Source of the DNA: a virus
Lineage: Duplodnaviria > Caudoviricetes
DNA: 54,351 nt
IMG/VR virus record: IMGVR_UViG_3300035670_011527
Coordinates: 1-54,351 of that record
Direction: 5' to 3' (one strand)
Part shown: positions 38,758 to 48,758 of the stretch, piece after piece
Position numbering within the stretch: position 1 is the stretch's first letter
How the letters are laid out: each line of letters starts with the position of its first letter
Position numbers and translations under genes: made by a program
Notes under the pieces: model-generated
Seen by the model: only the letters and a program-made list of their open reading frames with translations
Database searches by the model: none
Told to the model about the DNA's origin: nothing

Positions 38758-39389
38758 TTACAGAAAGCTATTTAGGAGAAACTATTGATAAATTAATCTC
38801 CTTTTTCAAATTAAATATTAAAGGAGTTTTACATGTTGGTGCTCATCAATGTGAAGAACAAAATGTGTATTTAAAGCATATTTTTAAAGAAAATATATAT
38901 TGGATAGAAGCTATAGATAGTTTAGTTGAAAAAAATCTTCAAGAAAATCCAGAATTAAATATAATAAATGAATGTATAGGAGAAGAGGATGGTAAAAATG
39001 TTATATTTAATATATCTAATAATACTTTAAGTTCATCTATTTTAAAATTAGGTGAGCATAAAAATATTCATCCTAATGTAAAAATTGTTGATTTTTTAAA
39101 TAAAAAAACTAAAACTCTTAAAACAATCATAATAGAAAATAATTTAAAAGATAGATTTAATTTATTAGTATTAGATTTACAAGGAGCAGAATTAATGGCA
39201 TTAAAAGGTTTAGGAAATATGTTAGAAGATTTTGATTTTATTTTTACAGAAGTAAACGAAAAAGAAATTTATATAAATTGTGCATTATTAGAAGATTTAG
39301 ACGATTATTTAAAAGGTTTTAATTTTAATAGAAAATATTTAAACACACTTAACAATTATGGAAATGCATTATACATCAAAAAACATTGA
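38754..39389 (+). CDS. FkbM-family methyltransferase
   Basis: 'HVGAH..E', 'SSSIL', 'LDLQGAEL.ALKG' and 'EV'. Confidence 0.85.
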   Translation: MITESYLGETIDKLISFFKLNIKGVLHVGAHQCEEQNVYLKHIFKENIYWIEAIDSLVEKNLQENPELNIINECIGEEDGKNVIFNISNNTLSSSILKLGEHKNIHPNVKIVDFLNKKTKTLKTIIIENNLKDRFNLLVLDLQGAELMALKGLGNMLEDFDFIFTEVNEKEIYINCALLEDLDDYLKGFNFNRKYLNTLNNYGNALYIKKH

Positions 39390-39981
39390 AGAATTAAATA
39401 CTAAAGGACTTACTCATATAGATAATGTTTTACCTTTAGATTTAGCTAATCAGATATATGAACTTTATGAAAAAGAAACCGAATGGTCTCTCATAGACCA
39501 GGTTAGGCCACATCATTATAATCATGTTTTTAAATCACCTAATCCTTATCTACCTCATGAAGATGAAGCATACTCTGCTAGATTTAGTAGATCAAATATT
39601 TTGGAGAACAACGAAATTATTAAAGATATTTTTAATAAACATTTATTTCCTTTTGCTAAAACACTTTCTCCTTTTGAAATTAATGAATATGATATAAGAT
39701 GTTATAAATTAGATTCTGGAGATCATTATCGAACTCATATTGACGATTATGCTGGTTCTATTAATATGATATATTATGTTAACAAAAATTGGAGATGGGA
39801 TTGGGGTGGTATTTTAAATGTTTTATCTCATGATGATTTAGATTTTTGTGAATCTATATTTCCTCGATTTAATAGAATTACTTTATTAAATAATAAAATA
39901 TTTAGAGCCCCCCATTTTGTTAGTACTATTGAACAATATGCTCAGAATCCTCGATATACTATTGTATCTTTTAATAAATAA
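39358..39981 (+). CDS. 2OG-Fe(II) oxygenase
   Basis: 'HID', 'YYVN..W...WGG.L', 'P.FNR' and 'H.V......RYTI'. Confidence 0.8.
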   Translation: MEMHYTSKNIEELNTKGLTHIDNVLPLDLANQIYELYEKETEWSLIDQVRPHHYNHVFKSPNPYLPHEDEAYSARFSRSNILENNEIIKDIFNKHLFPFAKTLSPFEINEYDIRCYKLDSGDHYRTHIDDYAGSINMIYYVNKNWRWDWGGILNVLSHDDLDFCESIFPRFNRITLLNNKIFRAPHFVSTIEQYAQNPRYTIVSFNK

Positions 39982-39984
39982 TAT

Positions 39985-40872
39985 ATGATTGTGTTTTCTA
40001 ATTTTAGAGATTCTAAAACAGATCCATATATGGTTTTTATACAAGAACAGTATAAAGATAAGCCATTTACTTTTTGGTATGATAAATTTCCAGAAAATTT
40101 AGATCAATTAAAATATAACCCATATAATTTTTTATTTTTACATGAACCCGATGAATTTTTTGGTTTTCATAAATATGCTTTAAACCATCATTCTTACTTT
40201 TCAGCAATACTAACATGGAATAATCTATTGTTACATAATTTAAATAATGCAATTAATTTTACTTATAATGGGCAAACATTAGATAATGAATATATTACAC
40301 AGAATCATGATTTGAAAGAATTTAATGTATCTTTTTTATGTGGAACTAAAAATTTAGTTGAAGGACATCATTTAAGACAAAAAATATATAAATTAGAAGA
40401 TTTAGTAAAAATACCTAAAAAATGGTATTATGTGTTAGAAGATTATGATTTTGAAAATAATGCTCGTCCAGGATATTCTGATTATTCTAAAGATTTATCT
40501 CATATTCCAAATGGAATAGATCCTATTGGGTATGGTAGAAGAGTTTTATTTAATAATTCTATGTTTAATATCGTTGTTGAAAATGTAAAATATAATAATT
40601 GGTATAATAAAATAGGAGATAATTTTGTTTCTAAAACTATCCCCATTTACTGGGGATGCCCTAATATAAAAGAATTTGGTTATGATGAAAGAGGAATTAT
40701 TAGATTTGAAAATGAAAAAGAATTATTAGATATTATAAATAATTTGACTTCTCAAGATTATTTTAATAAATTAGAATATATTGAACATAATTACAATGTT
40801 GCAGTAGTTGATACTTTTGAAAATAATATTACTCAATTTTTTGATCAATTTTGTATTTTAAATAATTTATGA
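39985..40872 (+). CDS. GT10 (alpha-1,3-fucosyltransferase-like) glycosyltransferase
   Basis: 'FNIVVEN......KI.D.F...TIPIYWG.PN' motif. Confidence 0.7.
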   Translation: MIVFSNFRDSKTDPYMVFIQEQYKDKPFTFWYDKFPENLDQLKYNPYNFLFLHEPDEFFGFHKYALNHHSYFSAILTWNNLLLHNLNNAINFTYNGQTLDNEYITQNHDLKEFNVSFLCGTKNLVEGHHLRQKIYKLEDLVKIPKKWYYVLEDYDFENNARPGYSDYSKDLSHIPNGIDPIGYGRRVLFNNSMFNIVVENVKYNNWYNKIGDNFVSKTIPIYWGCPNIKEFGYDERGIIRFENEKELLDIINNLTSQDYFNKLEYIEHNYNVAVVDTFENNITQFFDQFCILNNL

Positions 40873-41345
40873 TATTTCCTGAAGTAAAAATATTTCAACC
40901 AGATGTTTTCGAAGATTTTAGAGGAGAATTATTCACTCTATTTAAACAAGAAGACCATGATTTAGTTTTTAATCATGATAAAGTATCTATTTCAAAACAA
41001 TATGTTTTACGAGGATTACATGGTGATCACAAATCATGGAAACTAGTTACATGTTTAGCAGGTGAAATATATTTTGTAATAGTAGATAATAGATCCGATT
41101 CTCCTAATTATTTAAAATGGGATTGGACGATACTTACAGCAAAAAATAGACGTTCAGTATTAATTCCCCCTATGTTTGCTAATGGACATTACATTATTAG
41201 TAAAGAAGCTACATTTTTTTATAAATGGTCATATAAAGGTGATTATCCAGATGTAAAAGATCAATTTACTTTAAAATGGGATGATCCCAATATAGGAATT
41301 CATTGGCCTATTTCTGATCCAATATTATCTAAAAGGGATAAATAA
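40869..41345 (+). CDS. rmlC: NDP-4-keto-6-deoxyhexose 3,5-epimerase (RmlC family)
   Basis: 'F.D.RG', 'VLRGLH', 'KLV.C..G', 'W.DP' and 'LS.RD'. Confidence 0.85.
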   Translation: MIFPEVKIFQPDVFEDFRGELFTLFKQEDHDLVFNHDKVSISKQYVLRGLHGDHKSWKLVTCLAGEIYFVIVDNRSDSPNYLKWDWTILTAKNRRSVLIPPMFANGHYIISKEATFFYKWSYKGDYPDVKDQFTLKWDDPNIGIHWPISDPILSKRDK

Positions 41346-41347
41346 TA

Positions 41348-41379
41348 TTTGGAAATTAACTTAAAATTTATTATATTTA
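41348..41379 (+). promoter_or_regulatory. Bacteroidota-type promoter
   Basis: TTTG-N20-TATATTTA upstream of the ThDP enzyme genes. Confidence 0.55.
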
Positions 41380-41386
41380 ATTAAAT

Positions 41387-42013
41387 ATGAATATTCCAAA
41401 ACACTATACTAAAGTTAGAGATATAGATCTTACACCAAATGATCTTATTTCTTTTGAAGATAAAGTAAAAAATGCTTATGAGACTGCTCAAGTGAGAGGT
41501 CCTGTACACTTATCAAAAAATAATGAAGAACAATTAATAGAGTTATTTCAATATATTCATCCTAAAGATTGGGTGTTATCAGCATGGAGAAATCATTATC
41601 ATGCTTTGCTTCATGGAATAGATCCTGATAAATTGTTTGAATGGATTAGTGAAGGTAGAAGTATGGGTATAAATAATGTTAATCCTAATTTTTATGCTTC
41701 ATCTATTGTTGGAGGTATTATTCCCATATCTTTAGGAATAGCCGCAGGATTAAAAAGATCAAATTCTTCACAAAGAGTATGGTGTTTTATAGGTGATATG
41801 ACTATGGAAACAGGAGTATTTTGGGAAGCATATAAATATTCTCAAAATATGAATTTACCTCTTCAGTTTGTAGTAGAAGACAATAATTTAAGTGTTCATA
41901 CTCCAACAGATATAGCTTGGGGTAAAAGAATGGATGTTCCTCCAAATGTAATTTATTATCAATATAAAATGTCCTATCCCCATCATGGAACAGGTAAATG
42001 GGTAAACTTTTAA
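41387..42013 (+). CDS. ThDP-dependent enzyme, E1-alpha-like subunit (minimal)
   Basis: 'HLS...E', 'R.HYHAL', 'GRSM', 'IVGG' and ThDP motif 'GD...TG...E...EDNN'. Confidence 0.85.
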   Translation: MNIPKHYTKVRDIDLTPNDLISFEDKVKNAYETAQVRGPVHLSKNNEEQLIELFQYIHPKDWVLSAWRNHYHALLHGIDPDKLFEWISEGRSMGINNVNPNFYASSIVGGIIPISLGIAAGLKRSNSSQRVWCFIGDMTMETGVFWEAYKYSQNMNLPLQFVVEDNNLSVHTPTDIAWGKRMDVPPNVIYYQYKMSYPHHGTGKWVNF

Positions 42014-42017
42014 AAAT

Positions 42018-42548
42018 ATGAAATACAGAGAAGAATTAATAAGATCAATGGAATGGTTAGCCACTAAACCAGATATTGTATTTACAGGTCAAGCTATAGG
42101 AATGTCAGGTCATGCTATTTCTGGTACTGTATCTACTGTTCCTCAAGATAAAAGAATAGAATTACCAGTATTTGAAGAAACCCAATTAGGAATGGCTACA
42201 GGAATGGCTTTAACAGGATGGGTTCCTGTTACTGCTTATCCTCGTTTTGATTTTTTTATTTTATCTTTAAATCAATTAGTTAACCATTTAGATAAAATAC
42301 AAGACATGTCTAAAGGAGACATGAAACCCAAAGTGATTATTCGAGTAGCTATAGGTTCTAAAATTCCATTCAGTGCAGGTCCTCAACATACTCAAGATCA
42401 TACTGAAGCAATACGTAAAATGCTTACTGAAGTAGAAGTAGTAGAATTAATAGAACCTGAAGATATTTTTCCTGCTTTTGAAAAAGCTTATAATAGCGAT
42501 AAATCAACTTTAATTATTGAACATAGTGAATATTATGGAAGTAAATAA
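42018..42548 (+). CDS. ThDP-dependent enzyme, E1-beta/transketolase pyrimidine-binding subunit (no C-terminal domain)
   Basis: 'ELPVFE..Q.GMA.GMAL.G', 'NQLVNH' and 'GPQH.Q'. Confidence 0.85.
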   Translation: MKYREELIRSMEWLATKPDIVFTGQAIGMSGHAISGTVSTVPQDKRIELPVFEETQLGMATGMALTGWVPVTAYPRFDFFILSLNQLVNHLDKIQDMSKGDMKPKVIIRVAIGSKIPFSAGPQHTQDHTEAIRKMLTEVEVVELIEPEDIFPAFEKAYNSDKSTLIIEHSEYYGSK

Positions 42549-43251
42549 ATATATTTCAATTTTAATTAGTTCTAGAGAACATGATAGAAAAAATTCAGGA
42601 AATTTAATAAATTTTTTAACTTCTTTAAGAAATTCTATTTCAAATCCAAATAATATTGAAGTTATTTTTAAATTTGATAAAGATGATGATATTATAGAAG
42701 GAAAACTGAATGAAGCTAAAGAAAAATGTCCTGATTTAAATGTTAAATATGTCATATCAGATAGATATGGTTATTTAGGTTTACATAAAGCGTATTATGA
42801 TTGTTTGAAGGAAGTAGATTCTAATTCTAAAGTAATAGTAATATTAGCAGATGATTTTGATTTTCATAGAGAAAGAAACTGGGATTTAGATATTATTAAA
42901 AATTCATTTCATATTCAAGATGAACCTTTTATAGTACAAGATAGTAGAAAAATAGGAAAGATGCATGATATTCCTACATTTAGTAAAAAAATTATAGATT
43001 TAGTAACTTTAGGTAATTCTTTAAGTGTAGATGGTTTTTTAATAGATTTATGTGAAATATATTTAAGAAATAATTTAAATAATTACATTGTATTTGTACC
43101 TGAATTTACTTCTAGAAAACATTGTAATTACGATGTAGGAATAGAAAGAAAAATAGAAAGTAATAAACTAGGAACATATTTAGCTTCTCAAGAATATAAA
43201 GAATTTTTAAAAAATTGTGAAAATAAAATAAAAAATTATTTTAATATCTAA
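42517..43251 (+). CDS. Hypothetical protein, GT-A-like
   Basis: 'ISILISSR', 'KFD.DD' and 'ADD'. Confidence 0.5.
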   Translation: MNIVNIMEVNKYISILISSREHDRKNSGNLINFLTSLRNSISNPNNIEVIFKFDKDDDIIEGKLNEAKEKCPDLNVKYVISDRYGYLGLHKAYYDCLKEVDSNSKVIVILADDFDFHRERNWDLDIIKNSFHIQDEPFIVQDSRKIGKMHDIPTFSKKIIDLVTLGNSLSVDGFLIDLCEIYLRNNLNNYIVFVPEFTSRKHCNYDVGIERKIESNKLGTYLASQEYKEFLKNCENKIKNYFNI

Positions 43252-43252
43252 T

Positions 43253-44416
43253 ATGAAATATACTTGGCCTTTAATTAATGATAACATCACTCAAGGTGAT
43301 AGAAAAATTTTAGCTGATTTTTGTCTAAATGGTGAGCGTTTTACGAATGGACCTAAAGTAAAAGAATTTGAAGAAATTTGGTCTAAATGGTTGGGTGTTA
43401 AATATTCCGTAATGGTAAATTCAGGTGCTTCAGCCAATTATATTTCTATTGCTATGGTAAAAGAATTAGTAGGTGAAGGAGAAGTAATTGTTCCTCCTAT
43501 TGGTTGGGTTTCAGATATATCTTCAGTTGCTCAATTAGGTATGACACCTGTATTTGTGGATGTTTCACTTGATGATTTTAATATTACATCTGAAAATATT
43601 AGAAATGCTATTACACCAAAAACTAAAGCAATTGTATTAGTTCATACATTAGGATTTCCAGCAATTAATGATGAAATTATTCAAATCGCTAAAGATAATA
43701 ATTTAATTTTAATTGAAGATTGTTGTGAAGCACATGGTGCTGTTTATAATAATCAACGTGTAGGTTCATTTGGGGATATTTCATTATTTTCATTTTATTT
43801 TGGTCATCATATTACTACTATTGAAGGTGGCACTATTTGTGTAAATGATGATAAATTATATGACCTAGCTAAATTATTTCGTTCACATGGAATGACTCGT
43901 GAAGCATCTCAAGAATTACAACGTGATTACCAGTTGATGTATCCTAATTTAAATCCATTATTTACATTTGCTGTAGCTGGGTTTAATATGCGTCCAACTG
44001 AACTAAACGCAGTGTTAGGTATTGAGCAAATGAAACGTTTAGATTCTAATATAGAACGTAGAAGAGAAAATCTTGATATTTGGTTAGACAACCTTGATAA
44101 TTCAAAATTTATGACTTTTTTTAAAAGACAAGGAAATAGTAATTTTGCTTTACCTCTTATGATGCAAGAAATTACTCGAAATAAATTAAAAAATATTTGT
44201 AATATTTTAGATAAAGAAAAGGTAGAATATCGTTTAGGAACAGCTGGAGGAGGAAATCAGGCACGTCAGCCATATTTGAAAAAATTTCCTCACAGAATAG
44301 AAGGAACATTATCTAAAGCAAATTATGTTCACAATAATGCTTTATATATAGGAAATCACACAGATTTAACTAAAGAACAAATTATTAACTTATGTAACAA
44401 ATTAAACAATGTTTAA
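43253..44416 (+). CDS. PLP-dependent NDP-4-keto-6-deoxysugar 3-dehydratase (ColD-like, DegT family)
   Basis: 'NSG.SAN', 'EDCCEAHGA' and 'SFYFGHHITTIEGG', with His at the position of the Schiff-base Lys; 387 aa. Confidence 0.8.
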   Translation: MKYTWPLINDNITQGDRKILADFCLNGERFTNGPKVKEFEEIWSKWLGVKYSVMVNSGASANYISIAMVKELVGEGEVIVPPIGWVSDISSVAQLGMTPVFVDVSLDDFNITSENIRNAITPKTKAIVLVHTLGFPAINDEIIQIAKDNNLILIEDCCEAHGAVYNNQRVGSFGDISLFSFYFGHHITTIEGGTICVNDDKLYDLAKLFRSHGMTREASQELQRDYQLMYPNLNPLFTFAVAGFNMRPTELNAVLGIEQMKRLDSNIERRRENLDIWLDNLDNSKFMTFFKRQGNSNFALPLMMQEITRNKLKNICNILDKEKVEYRLGTAGGGNQARQPYLKKFPHRIEGTLSKANYVHNNALYIGNHTDLTKEQIINLCNKLNNV

Positions 44417-45380
44417 AAATCAAAAAATATTAATAACAGGTGGAGGAGGAATGATTGGTAGATCATTGGTAAAATTCTTTCTTGAAAAAGAAGCTAAAGT
44501 AACTATTGCTGATCTTACTGTACCATCTGATTTACCTCATGAAGTAGAATTTATAAAAGTTGATCTTCGTTATTTTGATCAATGTGAAATTATTTGTAAA
44601 GGAATGGATTATGTTTTTAATTTAGTAGGAATTAAAGGTTCTCCTAAAATGTGTGCTGAACAACCGGCTGATTTTATGGTTCCTATGCTCCAATTTAATA
44701 CAAATATGATGGAAGCAGCCCGAAGAGCCAATGTTAAATGGTATCTATATACGAGTTCTGTTGGAGTATATGCTCCAGCTGAAGTATTTGTTGAAGATAG
44801 TGTGTGGTCAACTGTTCCATCACCTAATGATCGTTTTGCTGGTTGGGCTAAACGTATGGGAGAACTTCAAGCTGAAGCATATTCTATTCAATATGGTTGG
44901 AATAAGGTATCAATAGTAAGACCAGCAAATGTGTATGGTAATTATGATAATTTTAATCCAGCAAATGCTATGGTTATTCCTTCTCTTATAAGAAAAGCCC
45001 AAGAAAACGATATACTTGAAGTTTGGGGAGATGGCACTACTATTAGAGATTTTATTCATGCTGATGATGTTGCTTTAGGAATGATATTTGTTGTTGAAAA
45101 TCAAATTACTAAACCTATGAATTTAGGATCAGGTAGAGGATATTCAATTAAAGAAATAGTAGACATGGTTGTAAAACATTCTCAAAAAGAACTTAAAATA
45201 AAATGGTTAACAGATAAACCATCAGGAGATAAAATTCGTTTGTTTGATATGAATAGAGCTAAATCTTATGGATTTGATATTTCAGTATCTTTAGATGAAG
45301 GTATCCGTAGAACAACTGAATGGTTTTTAGATAATAGAGATATTTTAGATAAACGATATAACGCTTTTGTGGATCATTAA
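44409..45380 (+). CDS. NAD-dependent epimerase/reductase (GDP-fucose synthase / ColC-like)
   Basis: 'GGGGMIG', 'RPANVYG.YDNF' and 'VWGDG...RDF'. Confidence 0.8.
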   Translation: MFKNQKILITGGGGMIGRSLVKFFLEKEAKVTIADLTVPSDLPHEVEFIKVDLRYFDQCEIICKGMDYVFNLVGIKGSPKMCAEQPADFMVPMLQFNTNMMEAARRANVKWYLYTSSVGVYAPAEVFVEDSVWSTVPSPNDRFAGWAKRMGELQAEAYSIQYGWNKVSIVRPANVYGNYDNFNPANAMVIPSLIRKAQENDILEVWGDGTTIRDFIHADDVALGMIFVVENQITKPMNLGSGRGYSIKEIVDMVVKHSQKELKIKWLTDKPSGDKIRLFDMNRAKSYGFDISVSLDEGIRRTTEWFLDNRDILDKRYNAFVDH

Positions 45381-46069
45381 TGGCTAGATTTCTTGTAACC
45401 GGAATTAATAGTGGATTAGGAAAACATTTATTTGAAACATTGCCTGATTCATTAGGATTAGATAGAAATAATTTTAATCTTATTAAACATGAAAATTTTG
45501 ATACTATAATTCATTGTGCTTTTAATAAAGAAACAAACATAATAGATTACAAAAAATATATAGACGATAATATATTTTTAACTCAGCGTCTTAAAAAATT
45601 AAACTATTCTAAATTTGTTTATATATCTACAGTAGATGTATATCAAGAAAATCATAATATGTATTCTCATTTTAAAAAATTTGCTGAAACACTATTGGAT
45701 GATGATGACTTAATATTAAGATGCCCAATGTTATTAGGATATACAATGAAACCTAACCATTCTGAAAGATTAAAAAACAATGAAGAAAAAATAGGATTAT
45801 CTGGAGAATCTTTATTTAACTATATTTTAATGGATGATTTAGCAGAATTTTTTAATAGTAACGACTATACAAAATATACAGGAGTACTTGATTTTGTATC
45901 TAATGATGTAGTTAAACTTCAAGAAGTTAAAGATTATTTTGGATCAACAACAAAATTAGGAGAATATGTTTATAAAAATAGTTTGGATTTTGTAAATCCT
46001 ATATTTAAATTAGACAAAAAATATAATAAATCATCTTTTGATAGAATAAAACAATATTATGGAAAATAA
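45380..46069 (+). CDS. Short NAD-dependent epimerase/dehydratase
   Basis: 'TG..SGLG', 'IIHCA', 'STVDVY' and 'Y..FK'. Confidence 0.7.
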   Translation: MARFLVTGINSGLGKHLFETLPDSLGLDRNNFNLIKHENFDTIIHCAFNKETNIIDYKKYIDDNIFLTQRLKKLNYSKFVYISTVDVYQENHNMYSHFKKFAETLLDDDDLILRCPMLLGYTMKPNHSERLKNNEEKIGLSGESLFNYILMDDLAEFFNSNDYTKYTGVLDFVSNDVVKLQEVKDYFGSTTKLGEYVYKNSLDFVNPIFKLDKKYNKSSFDRIKQYYGK

Positions 46070-47018
46070 TTTTTTTAAAAATAAAAAAGTAGTAGTTACT
46101 GGAGGATCAGGTTTTATAGGAACACATTATCTTCTTGAATTATTAGATCAAGGAGCCATCGTTAAGACTCATACTCATAATAAACCCCTTCAAATTCAAG
46201 ACAATAGACTTGATGTAGTGGAGAATATAGATTTAACCAATCTTAATGATTGCATTAGATTAATTGAAGGAGCAGATTATGTAATTCATTCGGGTGGTCA
46301 AATAGCCCACCCTTCTACTGTACCTACTGATATTCAAATATCAATGCAGAATATTCTAGTATTAGGAAATACACTTGAAGCATCATATAAATTAGGAGTG
46401 AAACGATTTTTAGATCTAAATAGCTCAACAGGTTATCCTGATGTTCGTAAACCATTAACAGAAGACGAATTTTGGAATGATGAACCATATAAATCTTATT
46501 ATGGATACGGATGGATGCGTCGTTACAGAGAAAAATTAATGGAACACGTATCTAAATTTTCAGGAATGGAAATAGCTTTAACACGTGGAACTGCTATTTA
46601 TGGACCATATGATAATTTTGATCCTAAAACATGTCACGTGGTTCCTGCTTTAATTAAAAGAATATTAGATGGTGAAGATCCTTTTATTGTTTGGGGTACT
46701 CCAGATGTAGTTAGAGATTTTCTTTATGTAAAAGATGTTGTTAAAGCTGCTTTATTGGTGCTTGAAAAGGGAGAATCTATGAGACCCTATAACATAGGAT
46801 CAGGTATAGCAATAACAGTAGGAGATATAGTTAATGCTATTTTAAAAGCAACAAATAAGAATCCAGAAGTTATTTATGATGAAACTAAACCTACTACAAT
46901 TCCCTTTAGAATGGTTAGTACAGAAAGATTAACAAATGAACTGGGTTTTGTTCCTTCCTATACTTTTGAAAAAGGGATCCAAGAAACAGTTAACTGGTAT
47001 ATAGAAAATTATGAGTAA
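46059..47018 (+). CDS. NAD-dependent epimerase/reductase (GDP-fucose synthase-like)
   Basis: 'GGSGFIG', 'YGPYDNF', 'HVVPALI' and 'VWG....RDF'. Confidence 0.8.
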   Translation: MENNFFKNKKVVVTGGSGFIGTHYLLELLDQGAIVKTHTHNKPLQIQDNRLDVVENIDLTNLNDCIRLIEGADYVIHSGGQIAHPSTVPTDIQISMQNILVLGNTLEASYKLGVKRFLDLNSSTGYPDVRKPLTEDEFWNDEPYKSYYGYGWMRRYREKLMEHVSKFSGMEIALTRGTAIYGPYDNFDPKTCHVVPALIKRILDGEDPFIVWGTPDVVRDFLYVKDVVKAALLVLEKGESMRPYNIGSGIAITVGDIVNAILKATNKNPEVIYDETKPTTIPFRMVSTERLTNELGFVPSYTFEKGIQETVNWYIENYE

Positions 47019-48021
47019 TGCCTTAATAACGGGTATAACGGGAATGGTAGGTTCCCATCTATTAGATTTTCTTATAAAGAATACTGATTGGGAAATTTAT
47101 GGATTTCTCCGTTGGTATGATAGATTAGATAATATTGAACATCATTTTCAGAGTATTAATAATAAAGATCGAATTCATTTAATTTACGGTGATTTAAATG
47201 ATTATTCTTCTTTACAAAATGCAATAGAAATATCTAAACCTAATTATGTTTTTCATTTAGCTGCTCAATCTTATCCTCAAACTAGTTTTGATGCTCCTTT
47301 AGAAACATTGCAAACCAATATAATTGGAACAACTAATTTACTTGAGGTATTAAAAAAATCAAAATACAAAAATTCTATCATTCATGTATGTGCAAGTAGT
47401 GAAGTATTCGGAAGAGTAAGTAAAGAAGAATTACCTATTAATGAAAATTGTAGATTTCATCCTGCTTCTCCTTATGCTATATCAAAAGTAGGAACAGATT
47501 TAATAGGAAGATATTATGCTGAAGCATATGGTATGACTATCATGACTACAAGAATGTTTACCCATACTGGTCCAAGAAGAGGAGATGTATTTTCAGAATC
47601 AACTTTTGCTAAACAAATAGCAATGATAGAAGCAGGACAACAAGAACCAAAAATATATGTTGGTAATTTAGAATCACTTCGTACATATGCTGATGTAAGA
47701 GATGCAGTTAAAGCTTATTATATGTTGGTAACTATTAATCCTAAACCAGGTGAATATTATAATATAGGAGGAACATATACTTGTAAAATAGGCGATATGT
47801 TAAGTTATTTAATCAATCAATCATCAGTTAATAATATTGAAATTGTAATTGATCCTGAACGTCTAAGACCAATTGATGCTGATTTACAAATACCTGATAC
47901 TACAAAATTTCAAAATCATACAGGTTGGAAACCAGAATATACTTTTGAACAGACAATGAATGATCTTTTAGAATATTGGAGAGATAAAATAAAATCAGGA
48001 AGGAAATTTTTAAGGAGATGA
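47011..48021 (+). CDS. gmd: GDP-mannose 4,6-dehydratase
   Basis: 'ALITGITG..GS.L', 'HLAAQS', 'SSEVFG', 'P.SPYA.SK', 'GNL...R' and 'RP.D'. Confidence 0.8.
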   Translation: MSNALITGITGMVGSHLLDFLIKNTDWEIYGFLRWYDRLDNIEHHFQSINNKDRIHLIYGDLNDYSSLQNAIEISKPNYVFHLAAQSYPQTSFDAPLETLQTNIIGTTNLLEVLKKSKYKNSIIHVCASSEVFGRVSKEELPINENCRFHPASPYAISKVGTDLIGRYYAEAYGMTIMTTRMFTHTGPRRGDVFSESTFAKQIAMIEAGQQEPKIYVGNLESLRTYADVRDAVKAYYMLVTINPKPGEYYNIGGTYTCKIGDMLSYLINQSSVNNIEIVIDPERLRPIDADLQIPDTTKFQNHTGWKPEYTFEQTMNDLLEYWRDKIKSGRKFLRR

Positions 48022-48758
48022 AAATATTAGTAATAGGAGATAGTTGCTTAGATATTTTTAGATATGGAAAAGTAAATAGATTAGCACCGGAAGCTCCAAT
48101 TCCTATTATTATTCCTGAAAAAGAAACATCAAATCCAGGAATGGCTGGAAATGTAGTAGCTAATTTAAAGGCACTTGGTGTTGATGTAGATTTTATAACT
48201 AATAAAAATGAAATCAAAAAAATTAGATATGTTTGTTCCAAATATAACCATTTACTTTTAAGAGTAGATGAAAATGATAAATGTGAACGAATTGACATTT
48301 CTGTTATATCTTTTGATATATTTGAAAATTACAATGCTATAATTATTTCTGATTATTGTAAAGGATTTTTAACCGAAGAAGATATCCAATATATTTCTCA
48401 GAAATCAAAAATACCTGTATTTTTAGATACAAAAAAGTTATTAGGTAATTGGGCTCATGATGTTGATTTTATAAAAATTAATTATAATGAATATGAAAAT
48501 AATATTAATATCTTAGAAACAGATAACATCTTTAAGAATAAAACAATAATTACTAGAGGAAAATATGGGTGTAATTATAAAGGAAAAAATTATCCTACTA
48601 TAGATGTACCAGTAAAAGACGTTTCAGGAGCAGGTGATACTTTTATAGCGGGATTAGCAACCGAATATATTCGTTCTAAAGATATAGAAAAAGCTATTGA
48701 TTTTGCTCAAAAATGCACAACAATAGTAATCCAAAAATCTGGAGTATCTACAATATGA
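48018..48758 (+). CDS. PfkB-family sugar kinase (HldE/RfaE domain I-like)
   Basis: 'RLAPEAP.P', 'G.AGNV..N', 'SDY.KG' and 'DVSGAGDTF'. Confidence 0.85.
   Translation: MKILVIGDSCLDIFRYGKVNRLAPEAPIPIIIPEKETSNPGMAGNVVANLKALGVDVDFITNKNEIKKIRYVCSKYNHLLLRVDENDKCERIDISVISFDIFENYNAIIISDYCKGFLTEEDIQYISQKSKIPVFLDTKKLLGNWAHDVDFIKINYNEYENNINILETDNIFKNKTIITRGKYGCNYKGKNYPTIDVPVKDVSGAGDTFIAGLATEYIRSKDIEKAIDFAQKCTTIVIQKSGVSTI

Noticed and set aside
41387-42548. Pyruvate dehydrogenase as a central-metabolism auxiliary gene
   Set aside because: The subunits are truncated, E2 and E3 are absent, and the context is nucleotide-sugar biosynthesis.
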